Positions 1 through 11,393 of a stretch of 64,000 nt of DNA are shown here, piece after piece. The position numbers were made by a program, and so were the translations under genes. Position 1 is the stretch's first letter. Every line of letters begins with the position of its first letter. Source of the DNA: Squalus acanthias (lineage: Eukaryota); NCBI GenBank assembly GCA_030390025.1, contig JASTWF010000343.1:186001-250000 (forward strand), in the 5' to 3' direction. The notes below the pieces were generated by a model. That model did not search any database. It had not been told where the DNA came from and saw only the letters and a list, made by a program, of their open reading frames with translations.

Positions 1-42
1 AAACGTGGTTTACAGATCCAATTTCTGGATATAGAGACTTAC

Positions 43-265
43 CAGGAACACCAACAGCAGCAAGGAGGGGATAGTACAAGTGTTGAATAATCTGAAGTGC
101 CAACTCCATCCGTCTGTCTAACGATAGATTATCATAATAAAATGAAAGAAAGTCAAACAGCGAGCTGAAACTCCTGCCCATTGTTGTAGCATTCCAATCT
201 ACTGTTCTCAGATTCCGATCCATTGTTGTAACATTCCAATCTACTGTCCTCAGATTCCGATCCAT
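43..265 (-). CDS. First coding exon of a GPR139-like class A GPCR (chondrichthyan-expanded type); the rest of the gene lies left of the window
   Basis: Manual translation from the ATG at 265: MDRNLRTVDWNVTT MDRNLRTVDWNATT MGRSFSSLFDFLSFYYDNLSLDRRMELALQIIQHLYYPLLAAVGVP, 74 codons plus 1 nt, ending at the donor CTG|GTAAGT (GTAAGT at 42-37). There is an in-frame stop upstream at 311-313. YYP.LA..GVP is the TM1 entry motif I recall for GPR139/GPR142-like receptors. Confidence 0.8.
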
Positions 266-303
266 TGTTGTAACATTCCAATCTACTGGTCTCAGATTCC
301 GAC
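179..303 (-). repeat. 3 x 42-bp in-frame tandem repeat overlapping the GPCR N-terminus
   Basis: Unit cattgttgtaacattccaatctactgtcctcagattccgatc, equal to 14 codons. Confidence 0.95.
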
Positions 304-439
304 TCCCTCTCTATGGAGCAGCGCGCTGATCCCTGTCAGTGCCGGAGGTGATGCTCTCACTAACACTATGGGATAACACATTGAAATGAGTCCCTTATTA
401 ATAGAAGAGGGAAACCCTGCACTGATACAATTAGGGTCC

Positions 440-540
440 ATGGAGACTGACATTAATTACAGTCACGGAACAAATAATTTCAGTTAACACGTGGAGACTG
501 ATATTAATTACAGTCACTGAAAAAACAGATTCAGTTAACC
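440..540. repeat. Two ~51-bp tandem copies with an internal palindrome, upstream of the GPCR exon
   Basis: tggagactga(c/t)attaattacagtcac at about 441 and 492. Confidence 0.75.
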
Positions 541-584
541 CCTTTCAATCCAACAGTTTTTGTACCACAGTGAAGTAGAACATT

Positions 585-1155
585 TCCCCGGTCCGGATGG
601 GATGTATGAGGGTTGCTGAGGGAAGGAATGGTGGAAATCGCGCAGGCTCTGCCAGAATCTTTCAATCCTCCTTGGATATGGGAGTGGTGCCAGAGCACTG
701 GAGGGTTGCAAATGTTACACCCTGTTGAAAAAAGTAGAGAGGGATAAACCCTGTAACTGCTGGCCTGTCAGCCTAACCCTCAGTGGTGGGGAAACCTCTA
801 CAGCCCATATTCCCGGAGAAAACTATCTGGCTTTGAAAAAATCATGGATTAATAAATGACAACCAGCATAGATATGTTAACAGCAAAGTGCGTCTGACAA
901 ACTTGATTGAGTTCTGTGATGAAGTAACGCAGAGGGTTGATGAGGGTAGTGCGGTTGATGTTGTGTAAGTGGACTTTAAAAATGCATTTGATAAAGTGCC
1001 ATTGAATAGACTTGTTAGGACCAAAGGGACAGTGGCAGTGGAGATCTGACATTGGCTAAGGGACAGAAAGCAGTTGGTTCGTGGTGAACGGTTGTTGTTC
1101 AGACTGGAGGGAAGTTTACAGTGGTGCCCCCCAGGGGTCGCTATTCGGACAACAG

Positions 1156-1222
<67 letters not shown>

Positions 1223-1324
1223 GGGCATAATTTGAACGTTTGCAGATGACACGAAACTCGCGAATGTAGTAAACACTGAGCGGGATAGTAGTCGGCTTCA
1301 GGAGGATAGAGACAGGCTGCTGAA
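585..1324 (+). mobile_element. Decayed CR1 LINE ORF2 (RT) fragment containing a (TA)n microsatellite
   Basis: Degenerate PGPDG, DFKNAFDKVP, VPQG and FADDTKL motifs; (TA)n at about 1158-1216. Confidence 0.9.
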
Positions 1325-2650
1325 ATGAGCAAAGTGATGAAAGGTGTCATCGACAGTGCTATTAACTGGCACTTACTCACCAATAACCTGCTCACCGATG
1401 CTCAGTTTGAGTTCCGCCAGGACCACTTGTCTCCAGAACTCATTACAGCCTTGGTCCAAACATGGACAAAGGAGCTGAATTCCAGAGGTGAGGTGAGAGT
1501 GACTGCCCTTGACATCAAGGTAGCATTTGACAGAGTGTGGCTTCAAGGAGCCCTAGTAAAATTGAAGTCAATGGGAAGCACGGGGATAACTATCCACTGG
1601 CTCGAGTCATACCTAGCACAAAGGAAGATGGTTGTGGTTTTTGGAGGTCAATCATCACAGCCCCAGTACATCGCTGCATGAGTTCCTCAGGCCAGTGACC
1701 TCGGCCCAACCATCTTCAGCTACTTCATCAATAACCTCCCTCCATCATATGGTCATAAGTGGGGATGTTCGCTGATGATTGCTCAGTGTTCAGGTCCATT
1801 CGCAACTCCTCAGATAATGAAGTAGTTCATGTACGCATGTAGTAAGACCTGGATGACATTCAGGCTTGGGCTGATAAGTGGCAAGTTACAATCATCCACA
1901 CAAGTGCGAAGCAATGACTTTCTCCAACAAGAGTCACATCCACTTGACATTAAATGGGAATACCATCGCCACCATCAATATCCTGGGGGTTACTATTGAC
2001 CAGAACCTTAACTGGACCAACCACATAGATACAGTGGCTAAAAGAGCAGGTCAAGGCTGGGTATTCTGTGGCGAGTGTGTCACCGCCTGACTCCCAAAAG
2101 CCTTTCCACAATCTACAAGGCACAAGTCAGGAGTGTGATGGAATACTCTCACTTGCCTGGAGGATTGCAGCTCCAACACACTCAAGATGCTCGACGTCAT
2201 CCAGGACAAAACAGCCCACTTGATTGGTACCCCATCCAACATCTTAAACATTCAATCCCTCCACTACTGGCGTACCGTGACTGCAATGTTTGCCATCTTC
2301 AAGATGCACTGCAGCAACTCGCCAAGGCTTCTTCGGCAGCACCACCCAAACCCGCGGCCTCTTCCACCTAGAAGGACAAGGGTAGCAGGAGCATGGGAAC
2401 ACCTTCACCTGTAAGTTCCCCTCCAAGTCACGCACCATCCTGACTTGGAAGTATATCGGCTTTCCTTCATTGTCGCTGGGTCACAATCTTGGAACTCCCT
2501 CCGTAACAGTACAGTGGGAGCACCTTCACCTCACGGACTGCAGCGGTTCAAGAAGTCGGCTCACCACCTCCTTCTCAAGGGCAACTAGGGATGGGCAATA
2601 AATGCTGGCCGTGCCAGCGATGGCCACATCCCATGAATGAATAAAAAAGA
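1325..2650 (+). mobile_element. 5'-truncated jockey/CR1-group LINE, family B (RT C-terminal half, 3' UTR and A-tail)
   Basis: ORFs 1325-1681 (ALDIKVAFDRVW), FADD coding at about 1768, 2075-2414; ends aataaatgctggcc...catcccatgaatgaataaaaaa. Confidence 0.9.
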
Positions 2651-2684
2651 AAAACAAAATAGATGATAGATGAAATTCCATAAA

Positions 2685-4127
2685 TTCCATAGATTCTAAA
2701 ACGGTTCCCGCAGATTAGAATGTAGCAAATGTAACCCCAGTATTTAAGAAAGGAGGGAGAGAGAAAACCGAGAACTGCAGACCAGTTATCCTGACATCAG
2801 TAGTAAGGAAAATACTGGAATATATTATTAAGGGTGTGGTAACAGGGCACTTAGTAAATTATAATAGGATTGGGCAGAGTCAACACAGATTTATGAAAGG
2901 GATATTGTGTTTGACGAATCTGTTAGAGTTGGGGGAGCCAGTAGATGTGGTGGATTTAGATTTTCAGAAGGCATTCGATAAGGTGCCAGACAAGAGGTTA
3001 TTAAACAAAATTAGACCTCATGTGATTGGGAGTAATATTAGCATGGGTTGAGGAGTGGTTAACGGACAGAAAACAGAGAGTAGCAATAAACGGGTCATTT
3101 TCGGATTGGCAGGCTGTAACTAGTGGGGTACTGCAAGGATCAGTGCTTGGGCCTCAGCTATTCACAGTCTATATCAATGATTTGGATGAGGGGACCAAAT
3201 GTAATATATCCAAGTTTGCTGATGATACAAAGCTGGGTGGGAATGTAAGTTGTGAGGAGGATGCAATGAGGCTTCAAGGAGATACAGACAGGCTAAGTGA
3301 GTGGGCTAGAACATGGCAAATGGAATATAATGTGGAGAAATGTGAAGTTAGGAAAAATAGAAGAGCAGATTATTTATAAACGGTAAGAGATTGGGAAATG
3401 TTGGTGTTCAGAGGGACCTGGGTGTCCTTGTACATGAATCACTGAAAGTTAACATGCAGTTACAGCAAGCAATTAGGAAAGCAAATGGTATGTTGGCCTT
3501 TATTATCAGAGGATTTGAGCACAAGAGTAAAGATGTCTTACTGCAATTATATAGGGCCCTGGTAAGACCACACCAGGAGTACTGTGTACAATTTTGGTCT
3601 CCTTACCTAAGGAAGGATATACTTGCCAAAGAGGGAGTGCAACGAATGTTCACCAGACTGGTTCCTGGGATGGGGGGATTGTCCTATGAGGACAGATTGA
3701 GTAGACTAGGCCTCTATTCTCCAGAGTTTAGAAGAATGAGAGGTGTTCTCATTGAAACATACAACATTCTTACAAGGCTCGACAGGGTAGATGCAGGGAG
3801 GATGTTTCCCCTGGCCTGAGAGTCTAGAACCAGGAGTCACAGTCTCAGAATAAGGGATCGGCCAGTTAGGTCTGAGATGAGGAGAAATTTCTTCACTCAG
3901 AGGGTGGTGAATCTTTGGAATTCTCTACCTAAGACGGCTGTGGACGCTCAGTCATTGAGTATATTCAAGACAGAGCTCGATAGATTTTTGGATATTAAAG
4001 GAATCAAGTGATATAGGGAAGTTCAGGAAAGTGGAGTTGAGGTAGAAGATCAGCTATGATCTTATTGAATGGCAGAGCTGGCTCGAAAGGCCGAATGACC
4101 TACTCCTGCTCCTATTTCTCATGTTCC
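2685..4127 (+). mobile_element. 5'-truncated CR1 LINE (RT to 3' end)
   Basis: ORFs 2836-3819 with [24 protein letters not shown] and RPHxEYCVQFWSP; CR1 3' end cctgctcctatttc. Confidence 0.95.
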
Positions 4128-4129
4128 AA

Positions 4130-4345
4130 TGCTCTAACTCTTACTATCTACCCGTCTTTCTCTTTCTCTGTATCTCTCTGCCTCTCTCCGTATCTTTGTC
4201 TGTCTCTCTCTGACTGTCTGTTGCTCTCCCCCGTCTGCTGTATTTTTCTCTGTTTCTATCTCTCTGTCTGCCCAATCTCTTTGTTTGTCTTCCTCTCTCT
4301 TTGTCTCTGACTGTCTCTCTCTTTACCTTTGCCCTCTCTATCTCT
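4130..4345. repeat. CT-rich low-complexity tract
   Basis: (tctc/tgtc)n. Confidence 0.9.
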
Positions 4346-4394
4346 TAATGACACTCTTAATGACCCTCTCAACGACCATCCCAATGTATCGTTG

Positions 4395-4650
4395 ATTTTA
4401 ATCGCTCCACCATTGGTGGCCGTACCTTCAGCTGCCTGGGCCCTAAGCTATGGCATTTCGTCCCAAACCTCTCTCAACCTCCTTCAAGACTCTCCTGAAA
4501 ACCTACCTCTAGGACCAAGCTTTTGATTATCTGCCCTAATATCTCCTTATGTGGCTCGATGTCAAATGTTGTTTGATAACAGTACTGTGAAGCGTCTTTG
4601 GACATTTTACTACGTTAAAGGCCCGATATAAATACAAGTTGTTGTTGTTG
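4395..4650 (+). mobile_element. L2-type LINE/SINE 3' tail
   Basis: ccttcagctgcctgggccctaagct...tataaatacaagttgttgttgttg; related copies at 13655-13935 and 40245-40520. Confidence 0.75.
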
Positions 4651-4659
4651 AGTATTGCT

Positions 4660-5752
4660 TATATCCAATTTAACAATTAACAGTAATCTTTACTCCCCTG
4701 TTTATTGGTTATCAAGGCCAAGAGAACAAGTAACTTTAAATTTATTCCCCTGTGTATTTTGACCAAGCCCAATATAACAATAAATTCAACAGTATTATCC
4801 TTTGTATTGATCATCAAGCCCTATTTCACAAATAATTGTAAATTTATTCCCTTGTGAATTCTTTATCATTTCCATTTTAACAATTAACTGTAATGTTGGA
4901 CTCCATGCACACGTTAACACAACCAATTTAACAATTAACTAATTTTATGAGACAGTTTCATAATTAGTCAATTGATCAATTAACTACCTTTATTCCTCTG
5001 AGTAATAGTTATTTTTTTCCAAATTTAACAACAAATGTAGCTTTGTACCCTGCGCACTCGTTACAAACCACATTTAACAATTAACTAATTTTATTAGCGT
5101 GCGTGCTTTTTATATTCAATTCGACAGTTAACTAACTTTATTCCACTGTGTATTAGTTATCACGCCCAATTTAACAATTAACTGCAACAGTTTTACCCTG
5201 TGTATTGGTTATCATACCCAATTTAACAATTAACTAACTGTTTTACCCTGTGTATTGGTTATCATACCCAATTTAACAATTAACTGTAACAGTTTTACAC
5301 TGTGTATTGGTTATCACGCCCAATTTATCAATTAACTGTAACAGTTTTACCCTGTGTATTGGTTATCATACCCAATTTAACAATTAACTGTAACAGTTTA
5401 ACCATGTGTATTGGTTATCACGCCCAATTTAACAATTAACTGTAACAGTTTTACCCTGTGTATTGGTTATCATACCCAATTTAACAATTAACTGTAACAG
5501 TTTTACCCTGTGTATTGGTTAAAATACCCAATTTAACAATTAACTAACAGTTTTACCCTATGTATTGGTTATCATAACCAATATAACAATTAACTGTAAC
5601 TGTTTTACCCTGTGTATTGGTTATCATACCCAATTTAACAATTAACTGTAACTGTTTTACCCTGTGTATTGGTTATCATACCCAATTTAACAATTAACTG
5701 TTACTGTTCAAGTTAACAATTAACGGTAAGTATATTCCCCTGTGTACTGGTC
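4660..5752. repeat. AT-rich 50-52 bp minisatellite
   Basis: Unit ttttaccctgtgtattggttatcatacccaatttaacaattaactgtaacag; homogeneous over about 5160-5700 and degenerate to the left; remnants at about 5876-5927 and 10010-10085. Confidence 0.95.
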
Positions 5753-6189
5753 ATCAAGGGTATGGGGAGAGAGCGGGAATATGGTATTGAGAGAGAGGAT
5801 CAGCCATGATCATATTGAATGGTGGAGCCGGCTAGAATGGCATTCTCTTGCTCCTATTTTTTTATATGTTTCTTTCAAGCCCAATTTACCAATTAACTGG
5901 ATCTTTATTTCACTGTGTATTAGTTATAATCGAGAGCCAGCACAGATTTGTTAAGGGCAAATCGTGTTTGACTAACCTGATTGAGATTTTTGATGAGGTA
6001 ACAGAGAGGGTGGATGAGGTCTGTGCAGTTTATGTTGTGCATACGGACTTTTAAAAGCTGCTTGAGAAAGTTACACATATTAGGCTTGTTAATAAAATAC
6101 AAGCCTGTGGGATAAAAGGGGCAGTAGCAGCATGGATACAAAATTGGCTCAGGTACAGAAAACAAGGAATTGTGGTGAATGGCTGGCGT

Positions 6190-9090
6190 CTGGCTGGAGG
6201 GAGGTATACAGAGCTGTTCCCCAGGGTTCAGCACTGGGGGCTGGAGGGAGGTATACAGTGGAGTTCCCCAGGGTTCAGTACTGGGGGCTGGGGAAAGGTA
6301 TACAATGGAGTTCCCCAGGGTTCAGTACTGGGGGCTGGGGAAAGGTATACAATGGAGTTCCCCAGGGTTCAGTACTGGGGGCTGGGGAAAGGTATACAGT
6401 GGAGTTCCCCAGGGTTCAGTACTGGGGGCTGGAGGGAGCTATACAGTGGAGTTCCCCAGGGTTCAGTACTGGGGGCTGGAGGGAGGTATACAGTGGATTT
6501 CCCCAGGGTTCAGAACTGAGGGCTCACAGAATCCCCACAGTGCAGATAGAGGCCATTTCGGCCCATCGAGCCTCCACCGACACATATCCCACCCTATCCC
6601 CGTAACCCGACGTATTTAATCCCCCCTAACACTAAGGATCAATTTATCATAGCCAAATCAACCTAACCCGCACATCTTTGGACTGTGGGAGGAAACCAGA
6701 GTACCCGGAGGAAACCCACGCCGACACGGGGAGAATGTGCAAACTCCACACAGACAGTCACCCGAGGCCGGATTCGAACCCGGGTCCCTGGCGCTGTGAG
6801 GCAACAGAGCTAACCACTATGCCACCGTGTTGCCCTGTTGCTGTTGGGAGGTATACAGTGGAGCTCCCCTGGGGACAGGAGGGAGGCATGCAGTCGAGTT
6901 CCCCAGGGTTCAGAACTGAGGGCTGTTGGGAGGTATACAGTGGAGTTCCCCTGGGTTCAGTACTGGGGACTGGAGGGAGGTATACAGTGAATTTCCCTAG
7001 GGTTCAGTACTGGGGCCTGGAGGGAGATATTCAGTAGAGTTCCCCAGGGTTCAGTACTGAGGGCTGGAGGGAGGTACACCGTGGAGTTCCCCAGGGTTCA
7101 ATACTGGGGGCTGGAGGGAGGTATACAGTGAATTACCCTAGGGTTCAGTACTGGGGCCTGGAGGGAGATATTCAGTAGAGTTCCCTAGGGTTCAGTACTG
7201 GGGGGCTGGAGGGAGGTATACAGTGAATTTCCCTAGGGTTCAGTACTGGGGCCTGGAGGGATGTATACAGTGGAGTTCCCCTGGATTCAGTACTGGGGGC
7301 TGGAGGGAGGTACACAGTGGAGTTCCCCAGGGTTCAGTACTGGGGGCTGGAGGGAGGTACACAATGGAGTTCCCCAGGGTTCAGTACTGGGGGCTGGAGG
7401 GAGGTATACAGTGAATTTCCCTAGGGTTCAGTACTGGGGCCTGGAGGGAGATATTCAGTAGAATTCCCCAGGGTTCAGTACTGGGGGCTGGAGGGAGGTA
7501 TACAGTGGAGTTCCCCAGGGTTCAGTACTGGGGGCTGGAGGGAGGTATATTGTGGAGTTCCCCTGGGTTCAGTACTGGGGTCTGGAGGGAGGTACACAGT
7601 GGAGTTCCCCAGGGTTCAGTACTGGGGGCTGGAGGGAGGTATACAGTGGAGTTCCCCTGGGTTCAGTACTGGGGGCTGGAGGGAGGTACACAGTGGAGTT
7701 CCCCTGGGTTCAGTACTGGGGCCTGGAGGGAGATATTCAGTAGAGTTCCCCAGGGTTCAGAACTGGGGGCTGGAGGGCGGTATACAGTAGAGTTCCCCAG
7801 GGTTCAGTACTGGGGGCTGGAGGGAGGTATACAATGCTGTTCCCAAGGGTTAAGTACTGGGGGACTGTTAGAGGTATACAGTGGATTTCCAAAGTTTCAT
7901 TACTGCTGGTTGGAGGGAATAACCAGTGGAGTTCCCCAGGGTTTAATACTGGGGGCTGGAGGGATGTATACAGTGGAGTTCCCCATGGTTCAGTACTGGG
8001 AGCTGGAGGGATGTATACAGTGGAGTTCCCCATGGTTTAGTGCTGGGGTCTGGAGGGATGTATACAGTGGAGTTCCCCAGGGTTCAGTACTGTGGTCTGG
8101 AGGGAGGTATACAGTGGAGTTCCCCAGGGTTCAGTACTGGGGGCTGGAGGGATGTATACAGTGGAGTTCCCCTGGGTTCAGTACTGGGGTCTGGAGGGAG
8201 GTATACAGTGGAGTTCCCCAGGGTTCAGTACTGGGGGCTGGAGGGATGTATACAGTGGAGTTCCCCAGGGTTCAGTACTGGGAGCTGGAGGGATGTATAC
8301 AGTGGAGTTCCCCAGGAATCAGTACTGGGAGCTGGAGGGATGTATACAGTGGAGTTCTCCAGGGTTCAGTGCTGGGGTCTGGAGGGATGTATACAGTGGA
8401 GTTCCCCATGGTTTAGTGCTGGGGGCTGGAGGAAGGTATACAGTGGAGATCCCCAGGGTTCAGTACTGGGAGCTGGAGGGATGTATACAGTGGAGTTCCC
8501 CATGGTTTAGTGCTGGGAGCTGGAGGAAGGTATACAGTGGAGTTCCCCAGGGTTCAGTACTGGGGGCTGGAGGGATGTATACAGTGGAGTTCCCCAGGGT
8601 TCAGTACTGGGAGCTGGAGGGATGTATACAGTGGAGTTCCCCATGGTTTAGTGCTGGGGGCTGGAGGAAGGTATACAGTGGAGTTCCCCATGGTTTAGTG
8701 CTGGGGGCTGGAGGAAGGTATACAGTGGAGATCCCCAGGGTTCAGTACTGGAGGCTGGAGGGAGGTATACAGTGGAGTTCCCCAGGGTTCAGTACTGGGG
8801 GCTGGATGGAAGTATACAGTGGAGTTCCCCAGGGTTAGGTACTGAGGGCTGGAGGGAGGTATACAGTGGAGTTCCCCAGGGTTAGGTACTGAGGGCTGGA
8901 GGGAGGTATACAGTGGAGTTCCACAGGGTTCAGTACTGGGGGATGAAGGAAGGTATACAGTTCTGTTCCCCAGGTTTCAGTATTGGGGCTGCAGAGAGTT
9001 ATACAGTGGATTGCCCCAAGGTTCAGTTCTGGGGGCTGGATGGAAATATACAGTGGAGTCCCCCCGGGTTCAGTACTTTGGGCTCCATCC
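6190..9090 (+). repeat. 47-bp GC-rich minisatellite derived from CR1 RT coding sequence (roughly 55 units)
   Basis: Unit ctggagggaggtatacagtggagttccccagggttcagtactggggg, encoding [15 protein letters not shown]. Confidence 0.97.
6525..6835 (-). mobile_element. tRNA-derived V-domain SINE (HE1-like) with a CR1-like tail, inserted in the minisatellite
   Basis: Minus strand has an A-box-like tggcatagtggttagc, B-box ggttcgaatcc, V-domain gtttgcacattctccccgtgt...gggtttcctccgggtactctggtttcctcccacagtcc, and tail gggccgaaatggcctct. Confidence 0.9.
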
Positions 9091-9868
9091 ACTTTGGACT
9101 TAAAAAGGATTGAACAGGATACTTTCTAAATGGTGAAAATCTAAAAACAGTGAAGATCCAAAGAGATTGGGGGTCCATGTCTATAGATCATTAAAATGTC
9201 ATGGACAGGCACAGAAAAAAAATTAATAAGTCTATGGAATGTTTGCTGTTATATCTAATGGATTGGAAGACAAGAGGGCAGAAGTTATGCTGCAGCTACA
9301 CAAATTCCTGGTTAGACCACACCTGGAGTACTGTGAACAGGTCTGGGCACCACCCATTAGGAAGGATAGATTGGCCTTGGAGGGAGTGCAGCGTAGATTT
9401 ACCAGAATGATACCCGGACTTCAAGGATTAAATTCCAAGAGGAGATTACACAAACTAGGGATGTATACTTTGGAAATTAAAGGTTTAAGGTGTAATTTGA
9501 TCAAAGTTTCACGATACTAGGGGGAAATGATAGGGTAGATGGAGATAATCTATTTCCGCTGGTTGGGAGTCTATGATTAGGGCCCATAGATAAAAATTAG
9601 AGTCAGATCTTTCAGGAGTGAAATTAGGAAACACTTCTACACACAAAGGGTGGTAGAATTTTGAAACTCTCTTCCACAAACGGCAATTGATGCAAGAACA
9701 ATTGTTAATTTTCAAACTGAGATTTTTAGATTGTTGTTAACAAAAGGTAGGAAAGAATATAGGGCAAAGCTGGGTATATGGTGTAATTTCGCAGATCATC
9801 CAAGCCCTCAATAAATGGTGGAACAGGCTCGAGGGTCTAAATGGCCTACCCTTGTTCCCATGCTCCTA

Positions 9869-10008
9869 TCAACAGTCTGGTTCAGCCTCCGACAATCACT
9901 TGGGACAGGAATAGTGTCGCTGATTAGGGAATGGAGTTTGTGGCGGGAACCGAAGACAATGGATTCAGTCTTCACAAAATTTAGTTGCAGGAAATTTCTA
10001 CTCATCCG
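9869..10008 (-). mobile_element. L2 LINE RT C-terminal fragment
   Basis: RMSRNFLQLNFVKTESIVFG resembles the L2 WM..NFLQLN..KTE.I.FG motif. Confidence 0.7.
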
Positions 10009-10149
10009 CTGTGCATTGGTTACCATGTGCAAATTAGCAATTAACTGCATCTTTATTGCCCTGTGTATTGGTTATCGTTTCAAATTGGCATGGGAATAAA
10101 TAGAGTTATAGTGCATGTGTCTAAAGTGAGAGGAACTGCTATTGCACAT

Positions 10150-10990
10150 TCAAGGGTAGGTACAGCACAGTTTAGATAGAGATTAAAGCTCCATCTACAC
10201 TGTCCCATCAAATACTTCCAGGGCATGTACAGGACGGGTTAGATACAAAGTAAAGCTGCCTCTACACTGTCCCATCAAACACTCCCAGGGCAATTACAGG
10301 ACGGATTAGATACAGAGCAAAGCTCCGTCTACAATGTCTCTCCCAGAGCAGGTAGAGCACGGGTTAGATACAGAGTAAAGCTCCCTTTACACATTCACAT
10401 CAAGCACTCCCAGGCCGGGTACAGCACAGGTTATATGTAGATTAAGACTTCCCTCTACACTGTCTCATCAAACACTCCCAGGGCAGTTACAACATGGGTT
10501 AGATACAGAGTAAAGCTCCCTCTACACTGTCCCATCAAACACTCCCAGTGCAGGTACAGTAACGGTTAATTAAAGTGTCAAGCTCACTCGGCACTTTCCC
10601 ATCAAACACTCCCAGTGCAGGTACAGTAACGGTTAATTAAAGTGTAAAGCTCACTCGGCACTTTCCCATCAAACACTCCAGGGAAGGAAAGCGCGCTTAG
10701 ATACAGAGTAAAGCTGCCGCTACACTGTCCCATCAAACACTCCCAGGGCAGGTAGAGCACGGGTTAGATACAGAGTCAATCTCCCTCTAATTTGGTTCAT
10801 CAAGCACATCCAACTCAGATGCAGCATGTGTTCAATGCAGCGTACAGCTTCCTTGACACTACCCAATGAAGCACAACCAGCTCAGGTACAGAAAGGGGTG
10901 AATACAGAATAAAGATCCCTCTGCATGTGTCAAACACTCCCGGGTGAGGTACGGGCAAGGTTTAACTAGGAGTTAAGCTCTGCTCTGCTC
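10150..10990. repeat. ~67-bp minisatellite
   Basis: Unit ttagatacagagtaaagctccctctacactgtcccatcaaacactcccagggcaggtacagcacggg; also present at about 19085-19175. Confidence 0.92.
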
Positions 10991-11054
10991 AACTTGCCCC
11001 ATCTACGTCAGAGCCAGATGTTGAACAGCTCCAAGTCTCTGGTTAGACTCTTAC

Positions 11055-11271
11055 CTCGGCAAAATCCTGGATTGATGGGATTCTAGCTGAAGTTCCTCAC
11101 CTTTCCAATCATTGTTGAAACAACCCGTTTTACCCCGTCTCCGACACTGGGGGTCTGGGTCCCACCGGATCTGCTCTGTGAACCCAGCGACATTTCTCTA
11201 GTCCCAGTGAGTGAGGCGATGATTCGACTTCTCTCTCTCCACCTTCCTGAGATATTGCTCACTCCCAGAGA
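11055..11271 (-). other. Candidate spliced exon (217 nt) in non-repetitive sequence
   Basis: Acceptor atttttctattgacag| and donor GAG|gtaaga; contains ATG..MSLGSQSRSGGTQTPSVGDGVKRVVSTMIGKVRNFS*NPINPGFCR. Confidence 0.55.
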
Positions 11272-11393
11272 CTGTCAATAGAAAAATGATTCATATTAAT
11301 CCCAGAATCCGTAGGTGGAATACAGAGAGGCTGTTTTTGTGACTGTGATTATATTTAATTTGAATATGTTTGCAATTAATGTTGTAATGTATT

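Larger units (their letters stand above)
5930..9868 (+). mobile_element. CR1 LINE RT-to-3'-end fragment split by an internally expanded minisatellite
   Basis: KGKSCLTNLIEIFDEVT at about 5950-6000; CR1 resumes at about 9090 (LVRPHLEYC at 9239-9520) and ends with a CR1-type 3' end at about 9868. Confidence 0.85.

Noticed and set aside
6760..6835. tRNA-like A and B boxes
   Set aside because: This is the head of a V-domain SINE, not a stand-alone tRNA gene
6132..9113. Many long overlapping ORFs (up to 303 aa) suggesting a repetitive protein gene
   Set aside because: They are a by-product of a stop-poor 47-bp tandem unit that reads the same peptide in all three frames; no gene structure is evident
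4660..10990. Regularly spaced repeats resembling CRISPR arrays
   Set aside because: Units are head-to-tail with no unique spacers, there are no cas genes, and the context is vertebrate
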